From Callorhinchus milii (taxonomy: Eukaryota): a DNA stretch of 64,000 nt. The stretch covers positions 10,914,001 to 10,978,000 of the forward strand of contig NW_024704743.1 in NCBI RefSeq assembly GCF_018977255.1, given 5' to 3'. Position 1 is the stretch's first letter. Each line of letters starts with the position of its first letter. Shown here one piece after another: positions 48,366 through 61,005 of the stretch. The translations under genes were made by a program, and so were the position numbers. Under the pieces are notes generated by a model. It searched no databases. It had not been told where the DNA came from and saw nothing but the letters and a program-made list of their open reading frames with translations.

Positions 48366-49549
48366 CCAGTGCGCAGACACAATGATATATGTGTACTCCT
48401 TTCAGTCTGCAGGTTTGAAATTATTAATTGAAATTATTCATGAAGGATTGAAAAATAATAATACTTGCATTTGATATAGTGTCTTATCATGTCTTAGAGA
48501 CACCTCAGAACACATCACAGAAAATACTATAATGGGAATTGACTGTATATTCTGTGGTTTTCCTGCCAACCTAAATAACTATTCTAAAATCAGAGTGGGA
48601 AAACCAACGCAGATTTGATCCCTGCCTAGAAAGAGTCTGCAGACTCCATTGATAGTGCTCTCCTGAACTCTGTGTGCAGGGTTCTGCTTATTGCGTAAGA
48701 CTCGCATGTGTAACACAGCACTTGAAGGAGTTCCCGAATCTGTAATTAGAACCTTCTTGCAGATAGTTCAATTAACTTTCCAACACGTTAGTGGAAATGA
48801 TGAAAGGAGTCCCGGAAACAGCAGTGGAAATTCTAGCAGGCAAAAAAAATGCCATCAGCTCTGCAGTGAGTGAAAACAAGCTGGGGAATTGGTGTTTTCC
48901 TCTGTCTGTCTTTCTAGAAAAGCATTGACCTGGAAACCTGTGATCAGATTTCATCCAACTTTGGCAATGGGTCTAACGGAATGACGTTTTGGAAACGTTT
49001 GTATCAGACTAGGTAGGAATCATTTAGACCTGTATCGGATTGACAGACTAGAATGTGAGCATTAGAAAAGGCTAAGAAGGGGAAATTAGGGTGGGTGGAG
49101 GCTTGTGTAGATTATAAACACCGGCATAGACTAACTGGGCTGAATTATAATAATAATAATTGCCTGTTTCATTGCTGTAGATTTTATGCAATTCTATATA
49201 TAAAAAAAATCTTGAGGCTAGTTTTTTGATAGTGCCTTATTATTATTCCGATTTGTCAGCCTGTCTAATGTTCCTCCCAAAACAAGCAATCGGGAATGTT
49301 TTCACTGAAACAGAGAAGTTTCATGTGGGATCTAAGAGAGTTTTCAAATTGATGAGTGCTTTTGATTAGAGTAAGTATAGGGTCTGGGGTAAAATTTGTG
49401 AGTTTCTTAAGCAATGATAACAACAATGGCTGCCGCATTTCACAAAATTTACAGTGAATTCACTTTACAGTATATTCTGTGAAGCGCTTGGAGACATCTC
49501 AGTGATGTGATAAGGCTCTATATCAAATGCAAAGATTATGATTATATCA

Positions 49550-50030
49550 TTGAGCAGAGAGCCCAGCAGCATCAGGAGGGAACTGAGTGAGGTGGAACAG
49601 AGTAAGAATTCTGTTAAGGAATTTGGTGAGAGTGGAAATTCATTGCAGAGGGGGAAAGAGGTGCATAATTATAAAATATATAACATTAAAATAATATAAA
49701 ACATGTCTGGGAATATGGCAGGGCAGCTGAGACTGATAGCATGCACAATGTGTGCCATGTGGGAACACCAGGGCAGACACGTGTGTAGGAAGTGCCTCCG
49801 GCTGTTTGAGCTTAGAGTTTCTGAGCTTGAGGAGAGGCTGGTGTCACTACATGACATACAGGAGGCTGAAGGGTTCATGGATTGAATTTTTCAGGAGGTG
49901 GTCACCCCACAGCAACAGAGGGTTCAGAAGGAGAATGAGTGGGTGACAACTCGGCATGGTAGGAAGTGGGGAAGGGCAGTGCAGAAATCCCCTGAGAGTG
50001 TGGATGGCGAGGCAGACTGTGGGATAGAGT
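49550..50030 (+). mobile_element. CR1 5' UTR and ORF1 N-terminus (CxxC..CxxC followed by coiled coil)
   Basis: MAGQLRLIACTMCAMWE..HVCRKCLRLFELRVSELEERL; same 5' sequence as the CR1 ending at 18950. Confidence 0.82.
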
Positions 50031-51600
50031 TCCAGAGGGTGGGGGCACATTGGCAGAGCGAGGCGGGGGGCGTGAAGCATACCGGAGCCCACTGAGTGTA
50101 GGGAGCGAGCAGGATGGTAGGGGGTTAGGAGGTCGTAGAAGTAGGGGGAGCAAGACTGTGGAGGGCTTTGAAGGTGAGGACCAGGATCTTGAACTGAATC
50201 CTCTGTGTGATGGGAGGTCAGTGGAGTTGGGCAAGGATGGGAGTGATAGGGTTGCGGAGCCTGGTGCGAGAGAGGACACGAGTTGCAGAGTTCTGGATGA
50301 TCTGCAGTCTGTGGAGGGAGGAGTTGGGGAGGCCGACAAGCAAAGAGTTTGCATAGTCGAGCCTCGGTGGAGTCCTGTAGCTCAGTGGTTAGAACACTCG
50401 CTTTTGCAAGTGAGAGACCCGAGTTCAATTCCAGGCAGGGCGAAACCTTGGGCAAGTTTCCTTACTCCACACACCTAATAATAATCCCTCCAAAAAAACA
50501 AAACAATAATTGGTCATTTTCAATCCATGACTGTTTGTGGGACATTGCTGTGCGCAATTAGCTGCCGCGTTTGCCCACAAATATACAGTCAATTCACTTT
50601 ACAGTATATTCTGTGAAGCGCTTGGGACGTCCTCCCGACGTAAAAAGTGCTATATCAAATGCAAGGATTATTATTATTATTATAATGAAAGCATGTATGA
50701 GGGTTTCGGCGGCCTTCGGTGTGAGACAGTGGTGGAACCGGGTGATGTTGTGGAGTTGGGGGAAGGCAGAGCAGGTCATGGCGCTGATGTGGGATAGAAA
50801 GGATAGTTAAGGGTCAAACAAGATGCCAAGGTTGCGGACTGGCTTAGCAAGGTGGAGTGTGCAACCATGGATGGTGATGCTGTCAGCGTCTGAGGTGAGG
50901 AGGTGCTGACGGGAGCCAATCAGGAGAGCTTCGGTCTTGTTGACGTTCAACTGAAGAAAGTCATCTCTCATCCAAGACTTGATGTCTGGCAGACATTCTA
51001 TCGGGACAGCAGTGGTCCTGTAGTCAAGGGTGGAAGCAGAGAGGTACAGTTGGGTGTCATCCGCATACATGTGGAAGTTGATCCTATGTCTGCAGATGAT
51101 GTCACCAAGAGGGAGCATATAGATATTGAAGAGGAGGGGACCAAGGACAGAGCCCCGAGGAATGCCACATGAGACGGTGCAGAGGCTAGAGGAGAAACAA
51201 TTTGTGGAGATGAAGTGGATGTAGTATGAGAGGAATGATCTTAACCAGTCAAGGATGAAGCCGTGAAGGTTGAGGTGAGAGGAGAGGCGGTGGATGAGGA
51301 TAGAGTGGTCGATGGTGTCGAAGGCAGCAGAAAGGTCAAGGAGAACGAGGAGGCAGAGGGAGCCCTAGTTGCAAATGGACAGAATGTCATTTGTCACTTT
51401 GACCAGGGCTGTTTCTGTGCTGTGGGCAGCATGGAAACCCAATTGGAGGGGTTTGAGAAGGGAGTGGCGGGAGAGGAAGGAGCGAAGCTGGAAGGAACAA
51501 CTTGTTCCAGGACCTTGGAAAGGAAAGGGAGGTTGGAGATGGGGTGGTAGTTTGGGAGTAGAGATGGGTCTAGGGAGTGTTTTTTAAGGGTAGGGGTGAG
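50030..51600 (-). mobile_element. L2 LINE RT fragment interrupted by a family B SINE at 50367-50683 (+)
   Basis: [13 protein letters not shown] motif; L2 sequence resumes on both sides of the SINE. Confidence 0.9.
50367..50683 (+). mobile_element. SINE family B, full-length short form
   Basis: tggagtcctgtagctcagtggttagaacactcgc head; (ATT)n tail. Confidence 0.88.
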
Positions 51601-52350
51601 AGGAGGTACTAAAAACGTTGTTGGTGCTCAATGTAGATGAGTCACCCAGTCCAGAGAGCATGCATCCTAGGTTACTGAGGGAAGTAAGAGTAGAAATAAT
51701 GGTGGCTCTGTCCACAATCTTTCAATCATCCTTGGACATCAGAGTGGTGCCAGAGGACTGGAGGGTTGCAAATGTTACTCCATTGTACAAAAAGGGGCAG
51801 AAGGATAAAACCGGAAATACAGGTCAGTCAGCTGAATGTCAGTAGGGGGAAAACTCAAGAGTCTATAATCTGGGACAAAATAAATTTTCACTTAGAAAAA
51901 TATGGGTTAATAAAGACAGCCAACACAGATTTGTTCAAGGCAAATCATGTCTAACAAAACTGATTGAGTTTTTGGATGAAGTAACGGAGAGGGTTAGGGT
52001 TAATGCAGTGTAATTTATATGGATTTTCAAAAGGCATTTGATAAAGTGCCACATAAGAGACTTGTAAGCAAAACAGAAGCCCACAGTATTAAAGGAACAG
52101 TGGCAGCATGGATACAGAACTGGCTGGGAGACAGAAAGCAGAGAGTGGTGGTGAATGGTTGTTATTCTGACTGGAGGAGGAGTGCAGTGGTGTCCCCCAG
52201 AGATCAGTATTGGGACGACTGCTGTTTTTGACCTATAAAAATACCTGGACTTAGGTATAGGAGGATAATTTTCAAGGTTGCAGATGATACTAAGCTAGTA
52301 AAAATGGTAAGCAGTGAGGAGGTTAGTAGCAGGCTGCAATTGGACATAGA
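51600..52350 (+). mobile_element. CR1 ORF2 (RT) fragment; continues at 54040-54404 and ~59985-60290
   Basis: VPEDWRVANVTPLYKKG and DFQKAFDKVPHKRL motifs; contiguous CR1 sequence across the L2 insert. Confidence 0.9.
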
Positions 52351-54039
52351 CAACAACAACAACAACAACAAGATTCCATTTATAAAGCGCCTTTCACGTC
52401 AGGAGGACGTCCCAAGGCGCTGCACAGTTGGGTCATGACCCGAGCAGGGGGGAAATGGTCAGGGTGAGGGGAGGGAAGGGAGGGAGCGAGGAGGGGGGAA
52501 ATGGTCAGGGTGAGGGGAGGGAAGGGAGGGAGCAAGGAGGGGGAAATGGTCAGGGTGAGGGGAGGGAAGGGAGGGAGCGAGGAGGGGAAGAGAGTCGAGA
52601 GGGGAGCTGAAGGCACGGTCAAAGAGAAAGGTTTTGAGACCGGTCTTGAAGGAGGAAAGGGAGGAAGCAAGGCGAAGGCACTGGGGGATGGAGTTCCAGA
52701 GCCTAGGGGCTGAGAGGCTGAAGGCCCGACCACCTATGGTAGGGCGGTTGGGGCGGGGGACGTGGAGCAGACCGGAGCCAGAGGAACGGAGGGTACGGGC
52801 AGGTAGGTAGGGGGATAGTAGGTTGGAGAGGTAGGAGGGAGCAAGGCCGTGAATGGCCTTGTAGGTGAGGATGAGGATCTTGAAATCAATCCTCTGGGGG
52901 ATGGGGAGCCAGTGGAGGCGAGCGAGGGTGGGAGTGATGTGGTCCCGAAGCCTGATGCGGGACAGTACACGAGCTGCAGAGTTCTGAATGATCTGCAGCT
53001 TGTGGAGGGAGGTGGCGGGAAGGCCGGCGAGGAGAGAGTTCCCGTAGTCCAGCCTTGAGATGACAAAGGCGTGAACCAGGGTTTCAGCAGCGTGAGGGGT
53101 GAGGTAATGCCGTAGTCTTGCGATGTTCCGGAGGTGATGGAAGGCAGTGCCAGTTGTGGTGCGGATGTGAGGGAGAAAGGACAGCTCAGGGTCGAACAAA
53201 ACACCGAGGTTCCTGACTGGCTTTGAGAGGTGGAGAGTGCAGCCTTGGATGCTGATGGTGTCAGTGCCTGAGGTGCGGAGGCGCTGACGTGAGCCAATCA
53301 GGAGGGCCTCGGTTTTTCGCACGTTGAGCTGAAGAAAGTTGGCTCTCGTCCAGGACTCGATGTCGGACAGGCAGACTGTCAGGACATCGGTGGTCGTGGA
53401 GTTGAGAGTAGAGGAGGAAAGGTAGAGTTGGGTGTCATCCGCATACATGTGGAAGTTAACTCCATGTCTGCGGATGATGTCACCAAGGGGGAGCATATAG
53501 AGGGTGAAGAGGAGGGGACCAAGGACAGAGCCCTGAGGGACACCACATGAGACAGCACGGGGGGTGGAGGAGAAGCCATTCGTCGAGACAAAGTGAAGAC
53601 CGTGAGAAAGGTACGACCTAAACCATTCAAGGACAGTGCCTTGAAGGTTGAGGTGGGAGGACAAGCGGTGGAGTAGGATAGCGTGGTCGACCGTATCGAA
53701 TGCTGCCGATAGGTCGAGGAGGACGAGGAGACAGAGGGAGCCCTGGTCACAGATGGTCAGGATATCATTGGTGACCTTGACCAGGGCAGTTTCTGTGCTA
53801 TGGGCAGCACGGAAACCTGACTGAAGGGGTTCGAAAAGAGAATGGGTGGAAAGGAAAGAGCGCAGTTGGGAGGCGACAACTCTTTCCAAGACCTTGGAGA
53901 GAAAGGGGAGGTTGGAGATGGGCCGGTAGCTTGATAGCTGCGACGCATCAAGGGAGGGTTTTTTCAGGGTGGGCGTGATGATGGCAGTTTTTAATGGAAT
54001 GGGGACAGAGCCAGAGGAGAGGGACAGGTTGATGATGTC
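52351..54039 (-). mobile_element. Young 5'-truncated L2 LINE with uninterrupted RT reading frame
   Basis: Track ORF 52459..54132: [47 protein letters not shown]; no endonuclease domain; (CAA)n tail. Confidence 0.95.
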
Positions 54040-54404
54040 AGACGGGTAAAACGGGCAGACATGTGGCAGATGAAGTTTAATGTGGAAAAATGCGAGGTGA
54101 TGCATTTTGGGAGGAAGAATAAGGAGAGGCAATATAAGCTGATGGTAGAATCTTAAAGGGGGTGAAGGAACATAGAGACCTGGGCTTCATATAAGTAAAT
54201 CTTTGAAGGTGGCAGGACAGGCAGATAGAGCTGTTAAAAAAAGGATACGGGATACTAGGCTTAATAAATAGGGGCATAGAACACAAAAGTCAGGAAGTTA
54301 TGATGAAACTTTATAAAACACTGGTTAAGCCTCAGCTAGAATACTGTGTTCAGTACTGGGCCCCACACTTTAGGAAGGATGTCAAGGCATTGGAGAGGGT
54401 GCAA
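54040..54404 (+). mobile_element. CR1 ORF2 continuation
   Basis: tggcagatgaagtttaatgtggaaaaatgcgagg...; matches 4911-5195. Confidence 0.88.
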
Positions 54405-57400
54405 AGTGCATCCACAGCCTTCTGGGGTAGAGAATTCCATAGATGCACTGCCGTCTGAGTGAGGAAATCATTTCTCAACTCAGTCCTAAAGGGCTGACCT
54501 TTAATCCTGAGACTATGACCCCTAGTTTTAGATTCTCCAACCAGGGGAAACAGTTTCACACTATATCTACCCTGTCAAGAGCCTTTTCCAACAACAACAA
54601 CAAGCTTCCATTTATAGAGCGCCTTTCACGTCGGGAGGACGTCCCAAGGCGCTGGACAGTTGGGTCAGGACCCGAGCAAGGGGGGAAATGGTCAGAGTGA
54701 GGGTAGGGAAGGGAGGGAGCGAGGAGGGGGTAGAGAGTCAAGAGGGGAGCTGAAGGCACGGTCAAAGAGACAGGTCTTGAGACCGGCCTTGAAGGAGGAA
54801 AGGGAGGAAGCAAGGCGAAGGCACAGGGGGTTAGAGTTCCAGAGCCTAGGGGCTGAGAGGCTGAAGGCCCGGCCACCGATGGTAGGGAGGTTGGGGCGGG
54901 GGATGTGGGGCAGACCGGAGCCAGAGGAACGGAGGGTACAGGCAGGTAGGTAGGGGGATAGTAGGTCGGTGAGGTAGGAGGGAGCAAGGCCGTGAATGGC
55001 CTTGTAGGTGAGGATGAGGATCTTGAATTCGATCCTCTGGGGGATGGGAAGCCAGTGGAGGCGAGCGAGGGTGGGAGTGATGTGGTCCCGAAGCCTGGTG
55101 CGGGACAGTACACGAGCTACGGAGTTCTGAATGACCTGCAGCTTGTGGAGGGAGGTGCTGGGAAGGCCGGCGAGGAGAGAGTTCCCATAGTCCAGCCTTG
55201 AGGTGATAAAGGTGTGGACCAGAGTTTCAGCAGCGTGAGGGGTGAGGTAATGCCGTAGTCTGGCGATGTTTCGGAGGTGATGGAAGACGGTGCCAGTTGT
55301 GGCGTGGATATGAGGAAGAAAGGACAGCTCAGGGTCGAACAGAAGACCAAGGTTCCTGACTGACTTTGAGAGGTGGAGAGTGCAGCGTTGGATGCTGATG
55401 CTGTCAGCGCCTGAGGTGCGGAGGCGCTGACGTGAGCCAATTAGGAGGGCCTCAGTTTTACGCACGTTGAGCTGAAGAAAGTTGTCTCTTGTCCAGGACT
55501 TGATGTCAGACAGGCAGCTGTCAGGACATCGGTGGTCGTGGAGTTGAGGGAAGAGGAGGAAAGGTAGAGTTGGGTGTCATCCGCATACATGTGGAAGTTA
55601 ACCCCATGTCTGCAGATGATGTCACCAAGGGGGAGCATATAGAGGGTGAAGAGGAGGGGACTGAGGACAGAGCCCTGAGAGATACCGCACGAGACAGTGC
55701 GGGGGGTGGAGGAAAAGCCGTTTGTGGAAACAAAATGAAGACGGTGGGAGAGGTACGACCTAAACCACTCAAGGACAGGGCCTTGAAGGTTGAGGTGGGA
55801 GAACAAGCGGTGGAGGAGGATAGCATGGTCGACCGTATCGAATGCTGCCTATAGGTCGAGGAGGACGAGGAGGCAAAGGGAGTCCTGGTCGCAGATGGAC
55901 AAGATGTCATTGGTGACCTTGACCAAAGCGGTTTCTGTGCTATGGGCAGCACGGAAACCCGACTGAAGGGGTTTGAATAATGAATGGGTGGAGAGAAAAG
56001 AGCGCAGCTGGGAGGTGACAACTCTTTCAAGGACCTTGGACAGGAAGGGGAGGTTGGAGATGGGCCGGTAGCTTGATAGCTGCGACACATCAAGGGAGGG
56101 TTTTTTCAAAGTGGGAGTGATGTTGGCAGTTTTTAGGGGAATGGGATCAGAGCCAGAGGAGAGGGACAGGTTGACGATGTCTGTGATATGTGGGGCAAGG
56201 AGGTGGAGCTGGGAGATAAGAAGTGGAGTGGGGATGGGGTCAAGGGAGCAGGTGGTGGGTTTCAGGGATAGGATGAGTTTGGTGACAGAGGGTGGAGAAA
56301 TGGGTACGAAGGTGTGTAAGGGAGGATGGGTAGGAGTCGGAATGTGGGAGGGAGGGGGTGGGGGTGGGTGGAAGTTGGAGGGTGAGTGACCGCGGAGCGG
56401 ATTCCCTTGATTTTGGATTCAAGGAAATCCAGCATCTCCTCACAGTGAAGGTTGGAGGAGATGACCTGCGCGGGGTGGCGGGGGGGATGGAGGAGTCGGG
56501 ATGTGGTAGAAAACAGAAGCCTGGGGTTGTTCTTCGCCTCCAGGATTATCCTGGAGCAGAAGGACGACTTGGCCGAGGCTAGAGTGGAGCGGTAGATTTT
56601 GAAGAGGTCCAACCAGATTTGTCGGTGGACCATTAGGCCAGATTTGAGGCAGGTGCGTTCAGTGGCCCGCATCTGTCTCTTCAGTGAGCGGAGATGGGTG
56701 GTGAACCAGGGGGAGGAGTGAGAGTAGGAGACATTAAGAATCTTATGGGTTTCTATCGGATCACCTCTAATTCTTCTATATTCTAGACAATATAGGCCTA
56801 GTCTACTCAATCTATTGAGGTCAACTCCCTCATCCCAGGAACCAACCTGATGAACCTACATTGCACCCTCTCTAAGACGAGTATATCCTTTCTTAGATAA
56901 GGAGACCAAAACTGTACACAATATTTCAGGTGTGGTCTCACCAAGGCCTGATACAATTGCAGTAAGACTTCCCTAACTCTTGTAATCTAACACGTTTGCA
57001 ATAAACGCTAACATGCTATTAGCCTTTTAAATTGCTTGCTATACCTGCATACTAACTTTCTGTAGTTGGTGTACAGGAACACATAAATCCTTCTGAATAC
57101 TAACACTATCTAGTTTCTCCCCCTCTAGAAAATAATCTGCTTTTCTATTTTTTTCTACCTAGGTGAATAACTTCACACTTCCTCCACATTATACTCCATC
57201 TGCCACCTTCTTGCCCACTCACTTAACCTGTCTATATCCCTTCGAATCCTTGAATTTAGATACATTAAGTTCTATTTCCTCATCTAAGTCGTTGATGTAG
57301 ACTGTAAACAGTTGAGGCCCAAGCACTGATCCTTGCGGCACTCCATTAGTCGCAACCTGGCAATCTGAGAAGGATGCAATTATCTCTACTCTCTGTTTTC

Positions 57401-59985
57401 TGCCTGTTAACCATTCTTCGATCCATGTTAATATATTACCCTTAACTCCATGCACCCTAATCTTATGTAACAATCTTTTATGTGGCACCTTGTCAAATGC
57501 CTTCTGAAAATCTAAGTACACTATATCTTTGGTTCCGCCCTATCTAACCTGCTAGTAACATCTTCAAAAAACTATAAAAGATTTGTTAAACATGATTTCC
57601 CTTTCATAAAACAGTGTTGACTCTGCCCAGTCATATTATGACTTTCTAAGTGCCCCACGGCGTCCCTAATTATAGACTCTAGAATTTTCCCTACCACCAA
57701 TGTCAGGCTAATTGGTCTATATTTCCCCATTTTTTCTCCCCCACCCTTCTTAAATAGCGGTGTTACGTTTGCGATCTTCCAATCAATGGGAACCGTTTCA
57801 CTTCAGGAAATTCTGGAAGATCAAAAATAAGGCATCCACTATCTCTGCATCCTTTTAAAGCCCTAGGATGCAGGCCATCAGGTCCAGGGGATTTATCAGT
57901 TTTTAGTCCCATCAATTTCTCCAGTACTATTACTTTACTGCTATTAATTTCTTTAAGTTCCTTACTAACATTAGTCTCTTGGTTCCCCACTACTTATGGT
58001 ACGTTTTTAGTATCTTCCAACGAGAAGACAGAAGCAAAGTATTTGTTTAGTGACTCTGCCATTTCTTTATTCCCCATTATAATTTCTCCTGTTTCTGCCT
58101 GTAAGGGACCCACATTTACTTTTGTTAATCTCTTCCTTTTTATATACTTGTAAAGGCTCTTACAATCTGTCTTTATACCTCTAGTTATTTTACTCTCATA
58201 TTCCATTTTCTCTTTCTTAATCAGTTTCATGGTTATCCTTTGCTGATCTCTAAAGTCCTACCAATCCTCAGGTTTACAGCTCTTTTTGGCAACATTATAG
58301 GCCTCTTCTTTTAATTTTATACTTTTCTTAACTTCTCTATTTAGCCATGGTTGAACCACTTTTCCCGTGGAATTTTTATTTCTCAAAGAAATATGTGTTC
58401 GCTGGGAATTATCTATTACATCTTTGAATGTTTGCCATTGCTTGTCTACTGTCATATCTTTTAAGCTACTTTCCCAGTCTATTTTAGCCATATCGTCCCT
58501 CATACCTGCAAAGTTGGCTTTATTTAAGTTTAAGACCTTTGTTTCAGACTACATCACTCTCAAACGTAATATTAAATTCCATCATATTATGGTCACTCTG
58601 CCCTAGGGGAGCCTTAACTTCAAGATTACTGATTAGCCCTGCTTCGTTACACAATACAAGATCTAGGATAGTCTGTTCCCTGGTTGGTTCCTCAGCATAC
58701 TGTTCCAGAAAACTATCTCTAATGCATTCCATAAACTCATCCTCCAATTTACTCTTGACAATTTGGTTTTCCCAGTCTATATGAAGATTAAAATCACCCA
58801 CTATTATTGCATTACCCTTGTTACATGCTCCTCTAATTTCCTGATTAATACTCTGCCCAATACTGTAACTGCTGTTGGGGGTCTATAAACTACTCTCACT
58901 AGTGTTTTCTGCCCCTTGTTGTTTCTTAGCTCCACTCATACCAATTCTACATCCTGATTTTCTGACTTAAGATCCTTCCTCTCCACTGTTTTTATCTCAT
59001 CTTTTATTAATAGGGCTACACCCCCACCCACCCCCCACCATTTTCCATATTGCCTCTCTTTCCTATAAGTCAGGTACCCTGGAATGTTTAGCTCCTAGTC
59101 TTGGTCTCCCTGTAACCACGTCTCAGTAATGGCTACCAGATCGTACCCGTCTATCTCTATTTGTGCCAATAATTCATCTATCTTGTTATGAAGGCTTTGT
59201 GCAATCAGGTATAGCGCCTTTAATTTAAACTTTTTACTATTTCCCCTACTCATTAATGCCCTATTTTCTTTGTCAAATGCTTTGTCCCTACTTGACACAC
59301 TCTGTCCTTCATCTCCCAGGTCGCTATTCTGCTCTAATTGATTGATTTTTCTTATTTCCTTCCTCCCCCCCTTATTAGTTTAAAGCTCCATCTACCTCCC
59401 TAAGTATTTGTTTTGTCAGGGCACTGGTCCCAGCCTGGTTTAAGTGGAGCCCATCCTGATCGAAGAGCTCCCTCTTTCCCCAATCCTGGTGCCAGTGGCC
59501 CATAAAATGAAACCCCGGCCTCCTGCACCACTCTTTCAGCCACGCATTTAACCCTTTAATGTACTTGTCCCTGTACCAATTTGCGCATGGCTCAGGTAGT
59601 AACACCAAGATTATTACCTTAGAGGATCTGCTTTTTAATTTCATCCCTAGCACTTTAAGCTTCCTCATCAGATCATCTATGTCGTTGGTTCCTACATGGA
59701 TCACAACAATTGGATCCTCCCCCTCCTGCTCCAAGTTCTTCTCCAACCGTGAAGAGATCCTTGACCATTGATAAGATCTGTACATCTACTAAGCCTCAGG
59801 GGAGTGACTGCTTCCTGGATCAAAGTATCCAGGTAGCTTTCCTCTTCCCTAATGCTGTACAATGTCTGCACCTCAGGTTCCAGCTCAGAAACTCTGAACT
59901 GAAGTTTCCTTAGTTGCAGTCACTTGCTGAGATGTAGCTGATCAGGCTGCTCTCCACGAACTCCCACATGCTGCAGTTGAGCTGG
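54405..59985 (-). mobile_element. Near full-length degenerate CR1 of a second family (ORF1 with SGNH esterase, ORF2 EN+RT), interrupted by an L2 at 54589-56731
   Basis: ORF1 VIHVGTNDI..DGLHLN (59375-59785); endonuclease LVAITETWL and MGDFNLHIDW; RT YLDFQKAFDKVPH and [14 protein letters not shown]-terminus TRGHSLRI..LWNSLPQKAV at 54405-54560. Confidence 0.92.
54589..56731 (-). mobile_element. 5'-truncated L2 LINE with a few frameshifts
   Basis: Highly similar to 52351-54039 and extends ~550 bp further 5' (SPWFTTHLRSLK..NNPRLLFSTT). Confidence 0.94.
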
Positions 59986-60290
59986 ATTTGAGATCGTGAA
60001 CAAGGAGTAACTATTTCCACTGGCGGGTTTGTCAGTAACCCAAGGACACTGACTTAAAATAGTTGTTAAAAGAAACAGAGGGGAGGTGAGGAGAAAAATT
60101 TTCACACAGCGGATTGTTCAGATCTGAAATGCATTGCCTGAGAGGATGGTGGAAGCCGATTCGATAACAACTTTTAAGCGAGAGGTAGATAATTATTTGG
60201 GGAGGACAAGTTTGCAGGGCTATGGGGAGATAGCGGGGAGTGGGATTGATTTGGATAGCTCTTTTAAATGATGATTCTATGATTCTATTA
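59985..60290 (+). mobile_element. CR1 3' end
   Basis: Matches 5305-5650; ends atgattctatgattcta. Confidence 0.88.
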
Positions 60291-60639
60291 ACTTGCATTA
60301 AAGCAGCTTAATATTGTGATGAGGAGATGTTAGGGATGGTGTTCTGGAAAGATGAGATTGGATGGACTGAAGGGCCTTCTTTCTTGTGATAATTAACGTA
60401 AGGAACGATCTTGAAGAAACACCACAAACTTGTTCCTTTATTGACGAGCAATACTTGACTAATGCTCACCTTCTGTATTCAGAATGCTGCTCCCAGCCTC
60501 TGCTCCTACACAGCTCAATCATCTGTCCACATCCTGGTACAAAATACAGCAAACTGAGTTTATATAAAGAATCCCCAAGTTAAAACTCCTTATTTGGAGT
60601 TACAAGCAGTATTGCAACAGCTTGTATCAGATCAGCGAC

Positions 60640-61005
60640 TTTATAAAAAGGATATACTGTAAAGTGTTTTGACTGTGCACTGTTTGCGGGTGAACAATTT
60701 ACACACTTTAATGTCCTACAAACAGCCATGAAGTTATCTGATCAATGTTATTTGAAGGTTTGTTGGCCAGCACACCAGGAGAAACTCCCTTCTCTTTTTG
60801 AATAGTTCCATGAGATCTTTAACTTCCACCTGAACAGGCAGACAAGAATTTGTTTAAACATCCAAAGGATGTTCAACAAGGCAGCGCTGCATTGCACTGG
60901 AGTGTCAGCCTAGACTATGACTTCAAAGCATTGACATGGGACCGTAACCCACAACCTTCTAACTCACAGGTGAGAGAGAGCTACCAACTGAGCTATGCTG
61001 ACACG
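60640..61005 (-). mobile_element. DeuSINE-type SINE, family A
   Basis: Ends gctaccaactgagctatgctgacac. Confidence 0.8.

Noticed and set aside
48720..48940. Cluster of NF-kB/ETS/HSE-like motifs
   Set aside because: All are short, imperfect matches expected by chance; not supportable without conservation data.
52459..54132. 557-aa ORF as a host gene or a novel reverse transcriptase system
   Set aside because: It is a 5'-truncated L2 RT. The first ~30 residues are antisense CR1 sequence fused at the insertion junction, and there is no endonuclease domain or evident promoter.
59375..59785. SGNH/GDSL esterase-like ORF as a captured enzyme gene
   Set aside because: An esterase domain in ORF1 is an established feature of CR1-clade LINEs, and it lies directly upstream of the CR1 ORF2.
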